A stretch of 64,000 nucleotides of DNA. It comes from an uncultured Dehalococcoidia bacterium (GTDB lineage Bacteria; Chloroflexota; Dehalococcoidia; Lucifugimonadales; CAJWER01). Each line of letters starts with the position of its first letter. Position 1 is the first letter of the stretch. Where the stretch lies: NCBI GenBank assembly GCA_964342485.1, contig CAYFFO010000004.1, positions 29,213 through 93,212 of the forward strand. The letters run 5' to 3'. The notes under the pieces are model-generated. The model ran no database searches. It worked only from the letters and a program-made list of their open reading frames with translations, and was not told the DNA's origin. This document shows, piece by piece, positions 40,168 to 49,647 of this stretch. A program made the position numbers and the translations under genes.

Positions 40168-40785
40168 GTGCTAGGCAAACAGGTCCATGAAGCAGAGGAG
40201 GGAGGCGCGGATTACATACACATAGATATAATGGATGGACAATTTGTTCCTGCCTTGACTTTTGGGCCAGCGATTGTAAAATCCATACGCTCATATACAT
40301 CTATACCATTCGATATACATATGATGGTTTACAGGCCCGAAAGATACATCTCAGAACTTGCTGAAGCCGGTGCAGACTTGTTGAGTATTCACGTCGAGTC
40401 AACCGTACATCTTCACCGCACAATCAATCAGATAAAAGAAGCTGGGATGAAAGCAGGCGTCGCTATAAATCCAAGTACCCCCATATCTACTATTGAAGAA
40501 GTACTAAAAGATGTAAACTTAGTTTTGATTATGACCGTTAACCCTGGATATGGAGGCCAGAGCTTCATTACAAATATGGTATCCAAAATACAGCGCATCA
40601 GGACTTTACTGGATACAATTGGTAGTGATTCAGAACTTGAAGTAGACGGCGGTATAAATACTACAACTGCAAAAGAGGTGGTAAAAGCTGGGGCCGACGT
40701 ACTCGTCGCAGGTTCAGCAATCTACAATAATACCAATAGCGTTAAAGAGGCTATTTCCTCGATACGAAAAACTTATAACAGGTAA
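40168..40785 (+). CDS. rpe: Ribulose-phosphate 3-epimerase (true start probably upstream at 40129 or 40135, non-canonical codon)
   Basis: HIDIMDGQFVP, MTVNPGYGGQ and EVDGGI motifs. The conserved N-terminal KIAPSILSADFA is encoded in frame upstream of the GTG at 40168 (codons 40132-40167). No ATG, GTG or TTG is available there. Confidence 0.93.
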   Translation: MLGKQVHEAEEGGADYIHIDIMDGQFVPALTFGPAIVKSIRSYTSIPFDIHMMVYRPERYISELAEAGADLLSIHVESTVHLHRTINQIKEAGMKAGVAINPSTPISTIEEVLKDVNLVLIMTVNPGYGGQSFITNMVSKIQRIRTLLDTIGSDSELEVDGGINTTTAKEVVKAGADVLVAGSAIYNNTNSVKEAISSIRKTYNR

Positions 40786-40796
40786 ACTACCTAAAC

Positions 40797-41165
40797 TCAC
40801 TCTTTATTTCCTAATTCATCAAGACGACTATCATCAATTCCAAAATGATGGGCAACCTCGTGAAGTACAGTTTCCCTAACTTCTTTGACAATATCATCAT
40901 CAGATGAACTGACTGCCTCGATAGATTCCTGAAACAGCGTGATTTTATCAGGCAAAATTCTGCTATACTCGTGTCTCTCTGTAAGGGGCACACCTTCATA
41001 TAAACCTAGAAGGTACTGTCCTTCTTTAATAAAATTTCCAGCTAGCTGTTCCTTTGTAGGAGAATCCTCAACCACAACATCCACATCGGACAGGTAATCT
41101 TGAAATTCATTCGGGATTAGACCTATCGCTTCTAAAACAAGGTGCTCAAAACTAGATTTTTCCAT
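40797..41165 (-). CDS. Small zincin-like metallopeptidase-family protein (DUF1025-type)
   Basis: 122 aa. The C-terminal HEVAHHFG (HExxH) motif and overall size match the small 'possible zinc metallopeptidase' family. Confidence 0.7.
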   Translation of the reverse strand: MEKSSFEHLVLEAIGLIPNEFQDYLSDVDVVVEDSPTKEQLAGNFIKEGQYLLGLYEGVPLTERHEYSRILPDKITLFQESIEAVSSSDDDIVKEVRETVLHEVAHHFGIDDSRLDELGNKE

Positions 41166-41229
41166 TTGGTATTCTATATCTCACAAGAAAATGTTCCTGA
41201 AGATAGTACTATATCGCCACAATAAATTC

Positions 41230-41259
41230 ACATTCTTATATACTAAACTTACATTCTTA
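41230..41259 (+). repeat. Direct repeat ACATTCTTA x2 spaced exactly 21 bp (41230-41238, 41251-41259) in the divergent promoter region
   Basis: Read directly. The two-helical-turn phasing suggests a transcription-factor site upstream of the OCD-like cassette. Confidence 0.5.
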
Positions 41260-41366
41260 GTAAAATTATCTATCATAAAGAAATATCTCTTAGGCTTTTC
41301 AAATGATACAACTTATCTCGAAATATCAAAAAGAAGAATTTAACACAAATCAGAAAGAGGCGTGAA

Positions 41367-42338
41367 GTGACTTTATTTATTACTGAAAAAGACGTTGCGA
41401 GTTTATTGCCTATGGAAATAGCCATCAAAGCGCTTGAGCAAGGCTTCATAGATCAGTCAAATAAAAATGCATGGAACAGCCCGAGACGAAGAATAAACTT
41501 TGGAAATGGAACCTTCCATTTCATGGCAGCAGTAAACAAACATATCGGTGTCATGGGAATGAAGACCTATTCAACTTTCAATTCCGCTAAACCTAAATTC
41601 TATACACACCTGCTAGACTCTACAAATGGCGATTTGTTAGCTATTCTTGAAGCAAACCGGCTCGGACAAATACGCACTGGAGCTGCTAGCGGTATTGCAA
41701 CAAAATACATGTCTAACCCAGATGCTTCAACCGTCGGAATCATTGGTACAGGTTATCAAGCAGAAACACAACTTGAGGCAATTACTAAAGTAAGGAGTAT
41801 CAACAAAGTAAAAGTTTACTCTCGAAACCCTTTATTACGTAAAAACTTCTCGGTCAAAATGAGCAAAAAACTCAACTTAGATGTGGAAGATGTTACAAGC
41901 CCAGAAGAATGCATTGAAAACATGTCTATATTAGTAACTATAACCTCTGCAAAGACACCAGTACTTAAAGGCCAATGGATCACAGATAGTACTCATATTA
42001 ATGCTGCTGGAGGTAACCACTGGCTGCGTCGTGAAATCGACACAGAAACTGTTAAACTTGCCGACTTGGTAGTAACAGACGACGTAGCACAAGCTAAAAT
42101 AGAATGCGCTGATTTAATTTACCCTATTGAAAATGGAGCCCTTGATTGGCAAAGAGTCAACGAAATATGGGAAATAGTATCAGGTAGTGTACCAGCTAGA
42201 AAAAAGCAATCCGACGTAACTCTATTTGAATCGCAGGGAATAGCCTTGCAAGATATTGCTACTAGTTTTATAGTTTATTCTCTTGCGAAAACACATGGGT
42301 TTGGAAATGAATTCTCGTTTGAAGATCAAAGTGGATAG
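41367..42338 (+). CDS. Ornithine cyclodeaminase / mu-crystallin family NAD(P)-dependent enzyme
   Basis: 323 aa (GTG start). Rossmann GIIGTGYQAETQ and overall pattern match the OCD/ketimine reductase family. Substrate is unknown. Confidence 0.85.
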   Translation: MTLFITEKDVASLLPMEIAIKALEQGFIDQSNKNAWNSPRRRINFGNGTFHFMAAVNKHIGVMGMKTYSTFNSAKPKFYTHLLDSTNGDLLAILEANRLGQIRTGAASGIATKYMSNPDASTVGIIGTGYQAETQLEAITKVRSINKVKVYSRNPLLRKNFSVKMSKKLNLDVEDVTSPEECIENMSILVTITSAKTPVLKGQWITDSTHINAAGGNHWLRREIDTETVKLADLVVTDDVAQAKIECADLIYPIENGALDWQRVNEIWEIVSGSVPARKKQSDVTLFESQGIALQDIATSFIVYSLAKTHGFGNEFSFEDQSG

Positions 42339-43396
42339 TGACTATTTACCCTATAGATCAAGCACAAACAGTCCTAGGAGCAATAAACCCATCCGATCTA
42401 GGGATAACCCTGACTCATGAACATTTATTGATAGATCTGGCATTTAACAGACCAATACCAGATTCAGTATTTCTTAAAAAGATCTATTATGAACCGCTTA
42501 ACTTGGGAAATTTAGGTTATATAAAGCATTTTGGAATTGCAAATCGCGACGACTTGCAATTACTAGACATAAATACAGCAATTGATGAAATTAACCTGTA
42601 TAAAAAAGGCGGCGGCAATACAGTGGTTGATGCCACCAGCATTGGAATATCAAGAAATCCTAAATCTCTTTACAAAATATCTAAAACTACAGGTCTGCAT
42701 ATAATTATGGGATCTTCATATTACGTAGATGCTAGTCATCCTCCAGAAATGACACACACTTCTGAAAACCAAATCTATGAAACCATCATTAATGATATCG
42801 CTATGGGAGTAGAGGGCACGGGGATTAAATCTGGGTTGATTGGGGAAGTAGGATGTAGCTACCCATTAACCGATAATGAACGTAAAGTCCTACAGGCTTC
42901 TGGGAAGGCACAAAAAGATTCTGGTGCCCCTCTACTTATCCATCCTGGACGACACGAAAATTCCCCTATGGAAATTATTGAAATACTCCAGTCCACTGGT
43001 GCAAACTTAACAAAAACTATGATTTCACATATTGATCGAACTGTATTTAATAAAGATAACCTTAAAGCAATAGTTAAGGTAGGATGTTATTTAGAATGGG
43101 ATCTGTTTGGAAGCGAACAATCGCAGTATGTTTATAATCCTAAGATAGATATGCCTAGTGATGCCTCTCGCATGGATACTATAGATTGGGCAATATCTGA
43201 AGGGCTTGAAAATAAAATAGTAATTTCACAGGACATTTGCCATAAAAAACAACTTATTAAATATGGTGGACACGGTTATAACTATATATTGGGCAATATA
43301 GTTCCAAGAATGAGGAACAGAGGATTCACTGAGGATTCTATTAATAAGTTTTTGAAAAGAAATCCTGCTAAATTTCTCACATTTAGCAAAAGCTAA
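42338..43396 (+). CDS. Phosphotriesterase-family amidohydrolase (Php-like, Glu-bridged binuclear metal site)
   Basis: 352 aa. The full ligand set is visible: THEHLL (HxH), IGEVG (Glu), LLIHPGRH, ISHIDR and SQDICH (Asp). The GTG start overlaps the upstream TAG by 1 nt. Confidence 0.85.
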   Translation: MTIYPIDQAQTVLGAINPSDLGITLTHEHLLIDLAFNRPIPDSVFLKKIYYEPLNLGNLGYIKHFGIANRDDLQLLDINTAIDEINLYKKGGGNTVVDATSIGISRNPKSLYKISKTTGLHIIMGSSYYVDASHPPEMTHTSENQIYETIINDIAMGVEGTGIKSGLIGEVGCSYPLTDNERKVLQASGKAQKDSGAPLLIHPGRHENSPMEIIEILQSTGANLTKTMISHIDRTVFNKDNLKAIVKVGCYLEWDLFGSEQSQYVYNPKIDMPSDASRMDTIDWAISEGLENKIVISQDICHKKQLIKYGGHGYNYILGNIVPRMRNRGFTEDSINKFLKRNPAKFLTFSKS

Positions 43397-43402
43397 ATAG
43401 TA

Positions 43403-44647
43403 ATGGGTGGTATTAATGAAGCTGAAAATGAACTTGAGAATAGTGTGCCGATGAATTCAGATCGTAACGTTCTTGCAGCCGTAGTAGTTGTAGGACATGC
43501 GGTAAAACACATATTCAATTCAGGCATGAGGGCTTTGCTGTTACCTGAAGCAAAAATAGGATTGAATCTAACCGGAGCACAATTCGGGTCATTGTTAACA
43601 GCCAGTCAGGTTACTTCATGGGGAACCACAATTGGAGCAGGATATCTAGGAGATCGGTTTAGCAACAAAGCCGGTTTAATTTTGTTCATATCTTTATCCT
43701 TAACAGGTATCTCATTTTTTTTAGCTGGTAATTCCTACTCATATCCAATAATGTTGATATCAATGCTGTTGGTAGGGATGGGCCCGTCACTCTATCATCC
43801 TCCTGCTCTTGGAGAACTTTCAAGGCGCTTTCCCGATAAACGAGGCTTCGCTATTTCCTTACATGGAATGGGAGGAAATTTTGGAGAAGTGTTGGGCCCA
43901 TTAATTACTGCTACAGTTTTAGGTTTATTAAGCTGGCGTGGAGTTTTTCAAATCAGTTTAGCCCCGGCAATTCTATCCGGATTCATCATTTGGATTTTGT
44001 TGAGACACATCGCTTCTACACAACCTCAGTCCAATTCTACAAATGATTATTTTTTGAAAATCAGAACTCTTTTCAAAAAACCCTTAATTATTTTTATCGT
44101 GTTGATAGCAGCAACTAGAAGTGCAGGCGATACAGCGGTTGGCGGTTTCCTACCCTTATATTTGAGGGAATCTCTAGAATTATCACCAACCACAGTAGCT
44201 ATATATTTATCGCTAGCTCAGGTAGCTGGTCTTATCACTCAACCAGTATTTGGTCATATGTCAGATAAATATGGGCGTAAAATTATACTTCTTCCAGGAG
44301 TAAGCGTCGTATCGATCATATCTATAGCTCTTGCTTTTCAAACTTCCAAGATTTTCTTAATTACCCTGGTTATTTTAAAGGGTGCTTTCAGCTTTCCTCT
44401 ACACCATATGTTTATAGCCACTGCAATGGATATAGCAGGAGAAAAAGTACAGTCTACCATTGTCGCCCTTATATACGGCGCTGGATTTCTAGGAACATTT
44501 TCTCCTTATCTCGCCGGGCACCTAGTAGATAATTTTGGCATTCATAGCGCATTTATTTACGGGGGAATGGTTTCAGCTTTAGCAGCTGTTATGCTTACAA
44601 TAATAAAACTTCCAACATCAAACCGAAATTTTATCTCTCGTAAATGA
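43403..44647 (+). CDS. MFS transporter (Fsr-like subfamily, inferred)
   Basis: 414 aa with about 12 TM segments and the GMGPSLYHPPALGELS and GMGGNFGEVLGPLI motifs. It is a paralog of 10005-11207. Confidence 0.82.
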   Translation: MGGINEAENELENSVPMNSDRNVLAAVVVVGHAVKHIFNSGMRALLLPEAKIGLNLTGAQFGSLLTASQVTSWGTTIGAGYLGDRFSNKAGLILFISLSLTGISFFLAGNSYSYPIMLISMLLVGMGPSLYHPPALGELSRRFPDKRGFAISLHGMGGNFGEVLGPLITATVLGLLSWRGVFQISLAPAILSGFIIWILLRHIASTQPQSNSTNDYFLKIRTLFKKPLIIFIVLIAATRSAGDTAVGGFLPLYLRESLELSPTTVAIYLSLAQVAGLITQPVFGHMSDKYGRKIILLPGVSVVSIISIALAFQTSKIFLITLVILKGAFSFPLHHMFIATAMDIAGEKVQSTIVALIYGAGFLGTFSPYLAGHLVDNFGIHSAFIYGGMVSALAAVMLTIIKLPTSNRNFISRK

Positions 44648-45735
44648 AACATATATTTATTAAGCCCGTACAATCTCTTTGTCCTGATAGTTCAGGCTTA
44701 TCTACCATCATGTCACTTCTAAAAGACGTCGCACGTAGTTTTTACCTATCCATAAAAATTCTACCCCGTTCCATGCAATATCCTGTCGGCTTAGCTTATT
44801 TACTAGCTAGGATTGCCGACACCATCGTCGACGACCAAGTCAACAACAACAAATCAAAACTGGAAATGTTACTTGAGTTCCGGATTCAAATAAATAAAAC
44901 TGATGCTTCAAAAAACACCAAAATAATGACGGTTGACATCGAAAATAAAAACGAACCTGTAAAAAAGAAGCAATTTATAGAAAAACTACCTATTGCCTTG
45001 AAATCATTTGATGATTTAGAAGAGGACGATGCCGTCGAAGTAAGAAATCTTGTAGACACTATTGCATCAGGTATGCAATTAGAACTCTCTACATTTTTTG
45101 AATATAAAACTGATCAACCCATAGTCGCTATTCCTACAACACAAGATCAGGAGAAATATATTTACCTTGTCGCTGGCTCCGTAGGGGAATTTTGGACAAA
45201 CATGACGATACGACATACTTCCAGTTTATCAAAACATGACGCAGACCACATGAGACAGTTAGGTGTCAGCTTTGGCAAAGCTTTACAATTAACTAACATT
45301 ATCAAGGATGTGCCAGAAGATTTAAGAAGTGGACGATGTTATATACCTTCTAACGAATTATCAAGATACGATCTATCCCCAGAAGATTTATTAGATGCTA
45401 AAACCAACAAGCGAACTCAGCTTCTTCTCTACTCTAACATCGAAAGAGTGCTTAAATATTATATTGATGCACAATCTTACGTACTTGCCATCCCAAGAAG
45501 CAATATAAGATTAAGATTGGCAGCAATCTGGCCATTAACCTTTGGCCTAGCAACCCTGTCAAAGATTTCTAAAGGATCAAATTGGCTTAATCCCACCATT
45601 CCGTCCAAAATACACAGGTTATCTATATATAAAATTATCTTGATTTCATTTTTTGCCGTACAATCAAATTTCATTCTCGAATTGTGGGTATCCAGATTAA
45701 TAAAAGAAGTAACTGAAACTGTAAAATATTCTTAA
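44644..45735 (+). CDS. Squalene/phytoene synthase-family protein (head-to-head prenyl diphosphate synthase fold), atypical
   Basis: 363 aa. Both Asp-rich motifs are present (YLLARIADTIVDD; NIIKDVPEDLRSGRCYIP). It also has a Lys/Asn-rich insert after motif 1 and a hydrophobic C-terminal segment. An ATGA overlap links it to the MFS gene. Confidence 0.78.
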   Translation: MKHIFIKPVQSLCPDSSGLSTIMSLLKDVARSFYLSIKILPRSMQYPVGLAYLLARIADTIVDDQVNNNKSKLEMLLEFRIQINKTDASKNTKIMTVDIENKNEPVKKKQFIEKLPIALKSFDDLEEDDAVEVRNLVDTIASGMQLELSTFFEYKTDQPIVAIPTTQDQEKYIYLVAGSVGEFWTNMTIRHTSSLSKHDADHMRQLGVSFGKALQLTNIIKDVPEDLRSGRCYIPSNELSRYDLSPEDLLDAKTNKRTQLLLYSNIERVLKYYIDAQSYVLAIPRSNIRLRLAAIWPLTFGLATLSKISKGSNWLNPTIPSKIHRLSIYKIILISFFAVQSNFILELWVSRLIKEVTETVKYS

Positions 45736-45848
45736 TTTATCCTTGTGCATCCGACTCCTGTCAGCTTCAATTCAAACTCATTTCAAATACCTTACAATAT
45801 GCTCAGGGTTTCAATAATGAAAGCCTATTGACTTAAATACCTTAGAAC

Positions 45849-47078
45849 ATGGAAATCACTCGATCTATTTACATACACATACCTTTCTGCGAAACAAAAT
45901 GTCCATATTGTGACTTCAATACTTATGCTTCTATCGAACCCTTGATCACATCATATGTTGTTGCTTTAAAGAAAGAATTAACAATCTGGGGAACCAGTCT
46001 TGGTATTCCATCTATAGACACTGTATTTATCGGTGGAGGTACACCTTCATATTTACCTTCCGAAGAGATAAAGGGATTAGTTGCAACCCTTCATAAAAAT
46101 TTTGACATAACCAAAGATGCTGAAATAACTTTGGAATCTAATCCAGACGACCTAACTGAAAGTAAATTGACATCTCTGAAAGAAGCTGGAATAAATCGTC
46201 TCAGTATTGGCGTCCAAAGCCTAAATGACAAGTTATTAACCACTCTCGGTAGGCGCCACTCAGCAAAAGACGCGATATCTGTTTATCAAAGAGCACGATG
46301 CATGGGGTTTGGAAACATCAGTCTCGATTTAATGTACGGATTACCACACCAAAGCATAGAAATTTGGGATTCTACCTTGACACAAGTATTCGATCTTAAG
46401 CCAGACCATCTATCCATGTATTGTTTAACTTTGGAAGATGGGACTCCTATGCAAAAAAATGTAAGAAATGGCATTCTACCAAAACCAGATGTTGACCTTG
46501 CTGCTGACATGTATGTCATGGCTCAAGAAAAAGCTTCTCAGTTAGACTACCAACATTATGAAATATCTAATTGGTCCCTACTGGGTAAAGAAAGTCAGCA
46601 TAATTTAATTTATTGGCAAAACAAGCCTTTTCTAGGAGTTGGCCCAGGAGCACATTCTTATCTTCAAAATCATCGTTTTCATAATATAAAATCCCCGAAA
46701 CAGTACATTAAATACCTTAATCAAACACCCCAAGAACTTAATTGCACAACAATTTCAAGTAGCACTGATAACAGTTCAAATACACAAATACTATCGCAAC
46801 AATTTATCCCGACAGACCTTAAACCCATCATACAAGACGTAGAAATGATCAGCCTACCATTAGAAATGGCCGAAACAATCATGATGGGCCTACGATTATC
46901 TAGCGGTATTTACCATCAGGAATTTATTCTCAGGTTTGGTAACACAATTCAAGATACATATCCACAAATCATAAAAGACCTTGTTGAAGATAAATTGATA
47001 CAAGTAAACTCAGTTTCGGTTAAACTGACTGACAAAGGCAGAATATTAGGCAACGAGGTTTTCGCAAAATTCTTTTGA
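45849..47078 (+). CDS. hemW: Radical SAM heme chaperone HemW / oxygen-independent coproporphyrinogen-III oxidase-like protein
   Basis: 409 aa with YIHIPFCETKCPYCDF (CxxxCxxC), GGGTPS and a HemN C-terminal domain. Confidence 0.88.
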   Translation: MEITRSIYIHIPFCETKCPYCDFNTYASIEPLITSYVVALKKELTIWGTSLGIPSIDTVFIGGGTPSYLPSEEIKGLVATLHKNFDITKDAEITLESNPDDLTESKLTSLKEAGINRLSIGVQSLNDKLLTTLGRRHSAKDAISVYQRARCMGFGNISLDLMYGLPHQSIEIWDSTLTQVFDLKPDHLSMYCLTLEDGTPMQKNVRNGILPKPDVDLAADMYVMAQEKASQLDYQHYEISNWSLLGKESQHNLIYWQNKPFLGVGPGAHSYLQNHRFHNIKSPKQYIKYLNQTPQELNCTTISSSTDNSSNTQILSQQFIPTDLKPIIQDVEMISLPLEMAETIMMGLRLSSGIYHQEFILRFGNTIQDTYPQIIKDLVEDKLIQVNSVSVKLTDKGRILGNEVFAKFF

Positions 47079-47153
47079 CTAAATTACAATGGGACAACCC
47101 AATTTAATATCAAATAATTTATCGAAATCTTTTGAAACCATCGGAATTTAACC

Positions 47154-49037
47154 ATGTTTGTTATTGGTACAGCAGGACATGTCGATCACGGTAAGTCCAC
47201 TTTAGTCAAAAAACTAACTGGTATAGATCCAGATCGTCTCACAGAAGAAAAAGCACGTGGAATGACAATTGATCTTGGATTTGCTTGGCTAAGCCTTCCT
47301 GGCGGTAACGAAGTAAGTATTATTGATGTCCCTGGACATGAACGCTTTGTAAATCATATGCTTGCAGGCGTCGGAATGATTGATTTAGCCCTACTAGTAA
47401 TAGCAGCTGACGAATCGGTAATGCCCCAAACTAAAGAGCATCTTTCAATTCTAAACCTTCTACAAATAAAAAGGTGTCTGGTAGCTGTGACCAAAAGTGA
47501 ACTAGTTGATGCAGATTGGTTAGATTTAGTTCAAATTGAAATCGATGAATTACTCAGCGCAACATGTCTTGAAAACTCACCTATTATTCCGATATCAAGC
47601 CAAACCGGCGACGGGATTCCACAGCTAATAAACAACATAATCAATGAATTAAAGAGAGCTAAACCACCTAATAATTTCAGCCGGCCTAGAATTGCAATAG
47701 ACCGATCGTTCACGATAGCAGGATTCGGCACTGTAGTCACCGGCACTTTAATTGAAGGTAAACTGCAAATTGGCCAAGAGGTCGAAATCCTACCTAAAGG
47801 CTATAAAAGTAGGATCAGAGGTTTGCAATCGCATAATCGAACGTTAAAACATGCGTATCCGGGCAACAGAATCGCAGTGAACTTAACAGGAGTTTCGCAC
47901 ACAGAAATAGAAAGAGGAGATGTTCTGACCATACCTGGATGGCTTCAGCCTACTTCTGCGATCGATGTCAAACTAAAAATGATAACAGAGGCACCGCGCC
48001 CAATTAAACACAATATGTTTGCAACTTTACATATTGGTACCAGAGAAACAATAACAAAAATTAGATTATTGGAAAAAGAAAAAGTATACCCTGGAGAAGA
48101 AACTTGGGCACAGTTCAAATTTGATCTGCCACAACCTTTAGTAAAGGATGATTATTTTGTAGTTCGTTCCAACAACACCACTTTAGCAGGGGGTAGAATT
48201 ATAGACCTTAACGCAAGACGACATAAGAAAAGTCATTTGCCAACTCTCGAACGACTATCAATCATGGAACATGGCTCTATTGAGGAACAATTACTGAAAA
48301 CAATAGAACTATCAGAACCGACCAATGTAAAAGATCTTGTAAACAAAACGAATTTGGAAAAGAAAGAGGTTCTTAATGAACTTAACCAAATGCGTCAGAA
48401 AAAACTGGGAGTATTTCTTGGTGATAAAGAAGTATCATCATCATCAATCATTTTCACCACCATAGGGTGGTCATCTTTAAAAATAAAAACGGAAACATTT
48501 CTGACCGACTTTCACAAAAAATTCCCATTACGTAAAGGAGCACCCAAAGAAGAACTTAGAAGTCGGCTAAATCTTAATCCAGAAATATTCGGATTAATTA
48601 TATTGAAATTGCATAGCGAATCAATCTTGGTAGAGCATCAAGGAATACTGTACGACCCAAAATACATACGTAAATTATCCCCTGTGCAGGCAAAGATTGC
48701 CAAAGAATATATCGACCTACTCTCTATTCATACTTATTCACCACCTACAGACCATGACATAGACCCAGAGCTATTGGGATTTTTAGTAGAGAAGGGAAAA
48801 GTAGTTAGAGTAACTGAACACATCATCTTTGAATCATCAGTTTACAGTGAAATGTTAGACAATATCACCAAATATCTCGATATTCATAATGAAATCTCTG
48901 TTGCAACGGTAAGAGACATGTTTGGAACCAGTCGCAAATATGCTTTAGCTATAATGGACTATCTTGACCAAATGAATATTACCCGTAGAATTGGTGATAT
49001 AAGAATACTTCAACCAAGTAAGTTGCAGAAGTTATGA
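47154..49037 (+). CDS. selB: Selenocysteine-specific translation elongation factor
   Basis: 627 aa. G domain [13 protein letters not shown] and [10 protein letters not shown]-Tu-like domains II-III, and about 280 aa of C-terminal winged-helix repeats typical of SelB. The G4 motif reads TKSE rather than the canonical TKxD. Confidence 0.88.
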   Translation: MFVIGTAGHVDHGKSTLVKKLTGIDPDRLTEEKARGMTIDLGFAWLSLPGGNEVSIIDVPGHERFVNHMLAGVGMIDLALLVIAADESVMPQTKEHLSILNLLQIKRCLVAVTKSELVDADWLDLVQIEIDELLSATCLENSPIIPISSQTGDGIPQLINNIINELKRAKPPNNFSRPRIAIDRSFTIAGFGTVVTGTLIEGKLQIGQEVEILPKGYKSRIRGLQSHNRTLKHAYPGNRIAVNLTGVSHTEIERGDVLTIPGWLQPTSAIDVKLKMITEAPRPIKHNMFATLHIGTRETITKIRLLEKEKVYPGEETWAQFKFDLPQPLVKDDYFVVRSNNTTLAGGRIIDLNARRHKKSHLPTLERLSIMEHGSIEEQLLKTIELSEPTNVKDLVNKTNLEKKEVLNELNQMRQKKLGVFLGDKEVSSSSIIFTTIGWSSLKIKTETFLTDFHKKFPLRKGAPKEELRSRLNLNPEIFGLIILKLHSESILVEHQGILYDPKYIRKLSPVQAKIAKEYIDLLSIHTYSPPTDHDIDPELLGFLVEKGKVVRVTEHIIFESSVYSEMLDNITKYLDIHNEISVATVRDMFGTSRKYALAIMDYLDQMNITRRIGDIRILQPSKLQKL

Positions 49038-49522
49038 TACAAAAAAACCAGAATCATATTCTTGAATTAATACTAGACCAGGGCCATGTGCCAGTTTCAT
49101 ATATCTCATCATTGCTTCGTACTTTACAGGCAGCAATACGTGAAGTGGCAGTCAGTTCAGAAAATACTCGATCTTATTTTGATAAACAACCACAACCAAC
49201 ACTGGTTTTAATTTCAATCGTTTCAGGTGAACAAATCAGTATGTGTCTAGGATTCGAAGACCCAATCAATAAAAAAATTCTTCCAACCTTATCAGAAAAT
49301 ACGTTCAGTACTTTCCTAGATAAGCTCAGTGAATTTGTAATGAGCTTACCCCAACCAAGTTTATGGGGAGGTGCTGCTCGAAAATCATCAACCAATCCCG
49401 AAACAGAAATGTCCAACCGGATGGACCAAGTATACGCTGAACTTAGAAGAGCTAAAAAGGTGAATCTGAAATTTAAGACCCGATCGATTGAAATTGAGGG
49501 CGATCGATTTGAAATTTTTTGA
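49034..49522 (+). CDS. Hypothetical protein (162 aa), translationally coupled to selB
   Basis: The ATG overlaps the selB TGA (ATGA at 49034-49037). No recognisable motif. Confidence 0.6.
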   Translation: MIQKNQNHILELILDQGHVPVSYISSLLRTLQAAIREVAVSSENTRSYFDKQPQPTLVLISIVSGEQISMCLGFEDPINKKILPTLSENTFSTFLDKLSEFVMSLPQPSLWGGAARKSSTNPETEMSNRMDQVYAELRRAKKVNLKFKTRSIEIEGDRFEIF

Positions 49523-49647
49523 CTTTTACATTTTAACCAGCAGCCCATTTGAGAAAACATCTCCTAATTTTATATATATCTCAAAATTCGTTTATTTTAA
49601 AACACCTATGTTCTTTACAAAGCGATCAATGGAGAAAATAATTAACA

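Noticed and set aside
45828-45839. The 12-mer TTGACTTAAATA is shared between the hemW upstream region (45828-45839) and the enolase/rsmG intergenic region (55191-55202).
   Set aside because: A single shared 12-mer in 64 kb of AT-rich sequence, counted on both strands, is expected by chance. The flanks diverge immediately, and the two copies sit differently relative to their genes.
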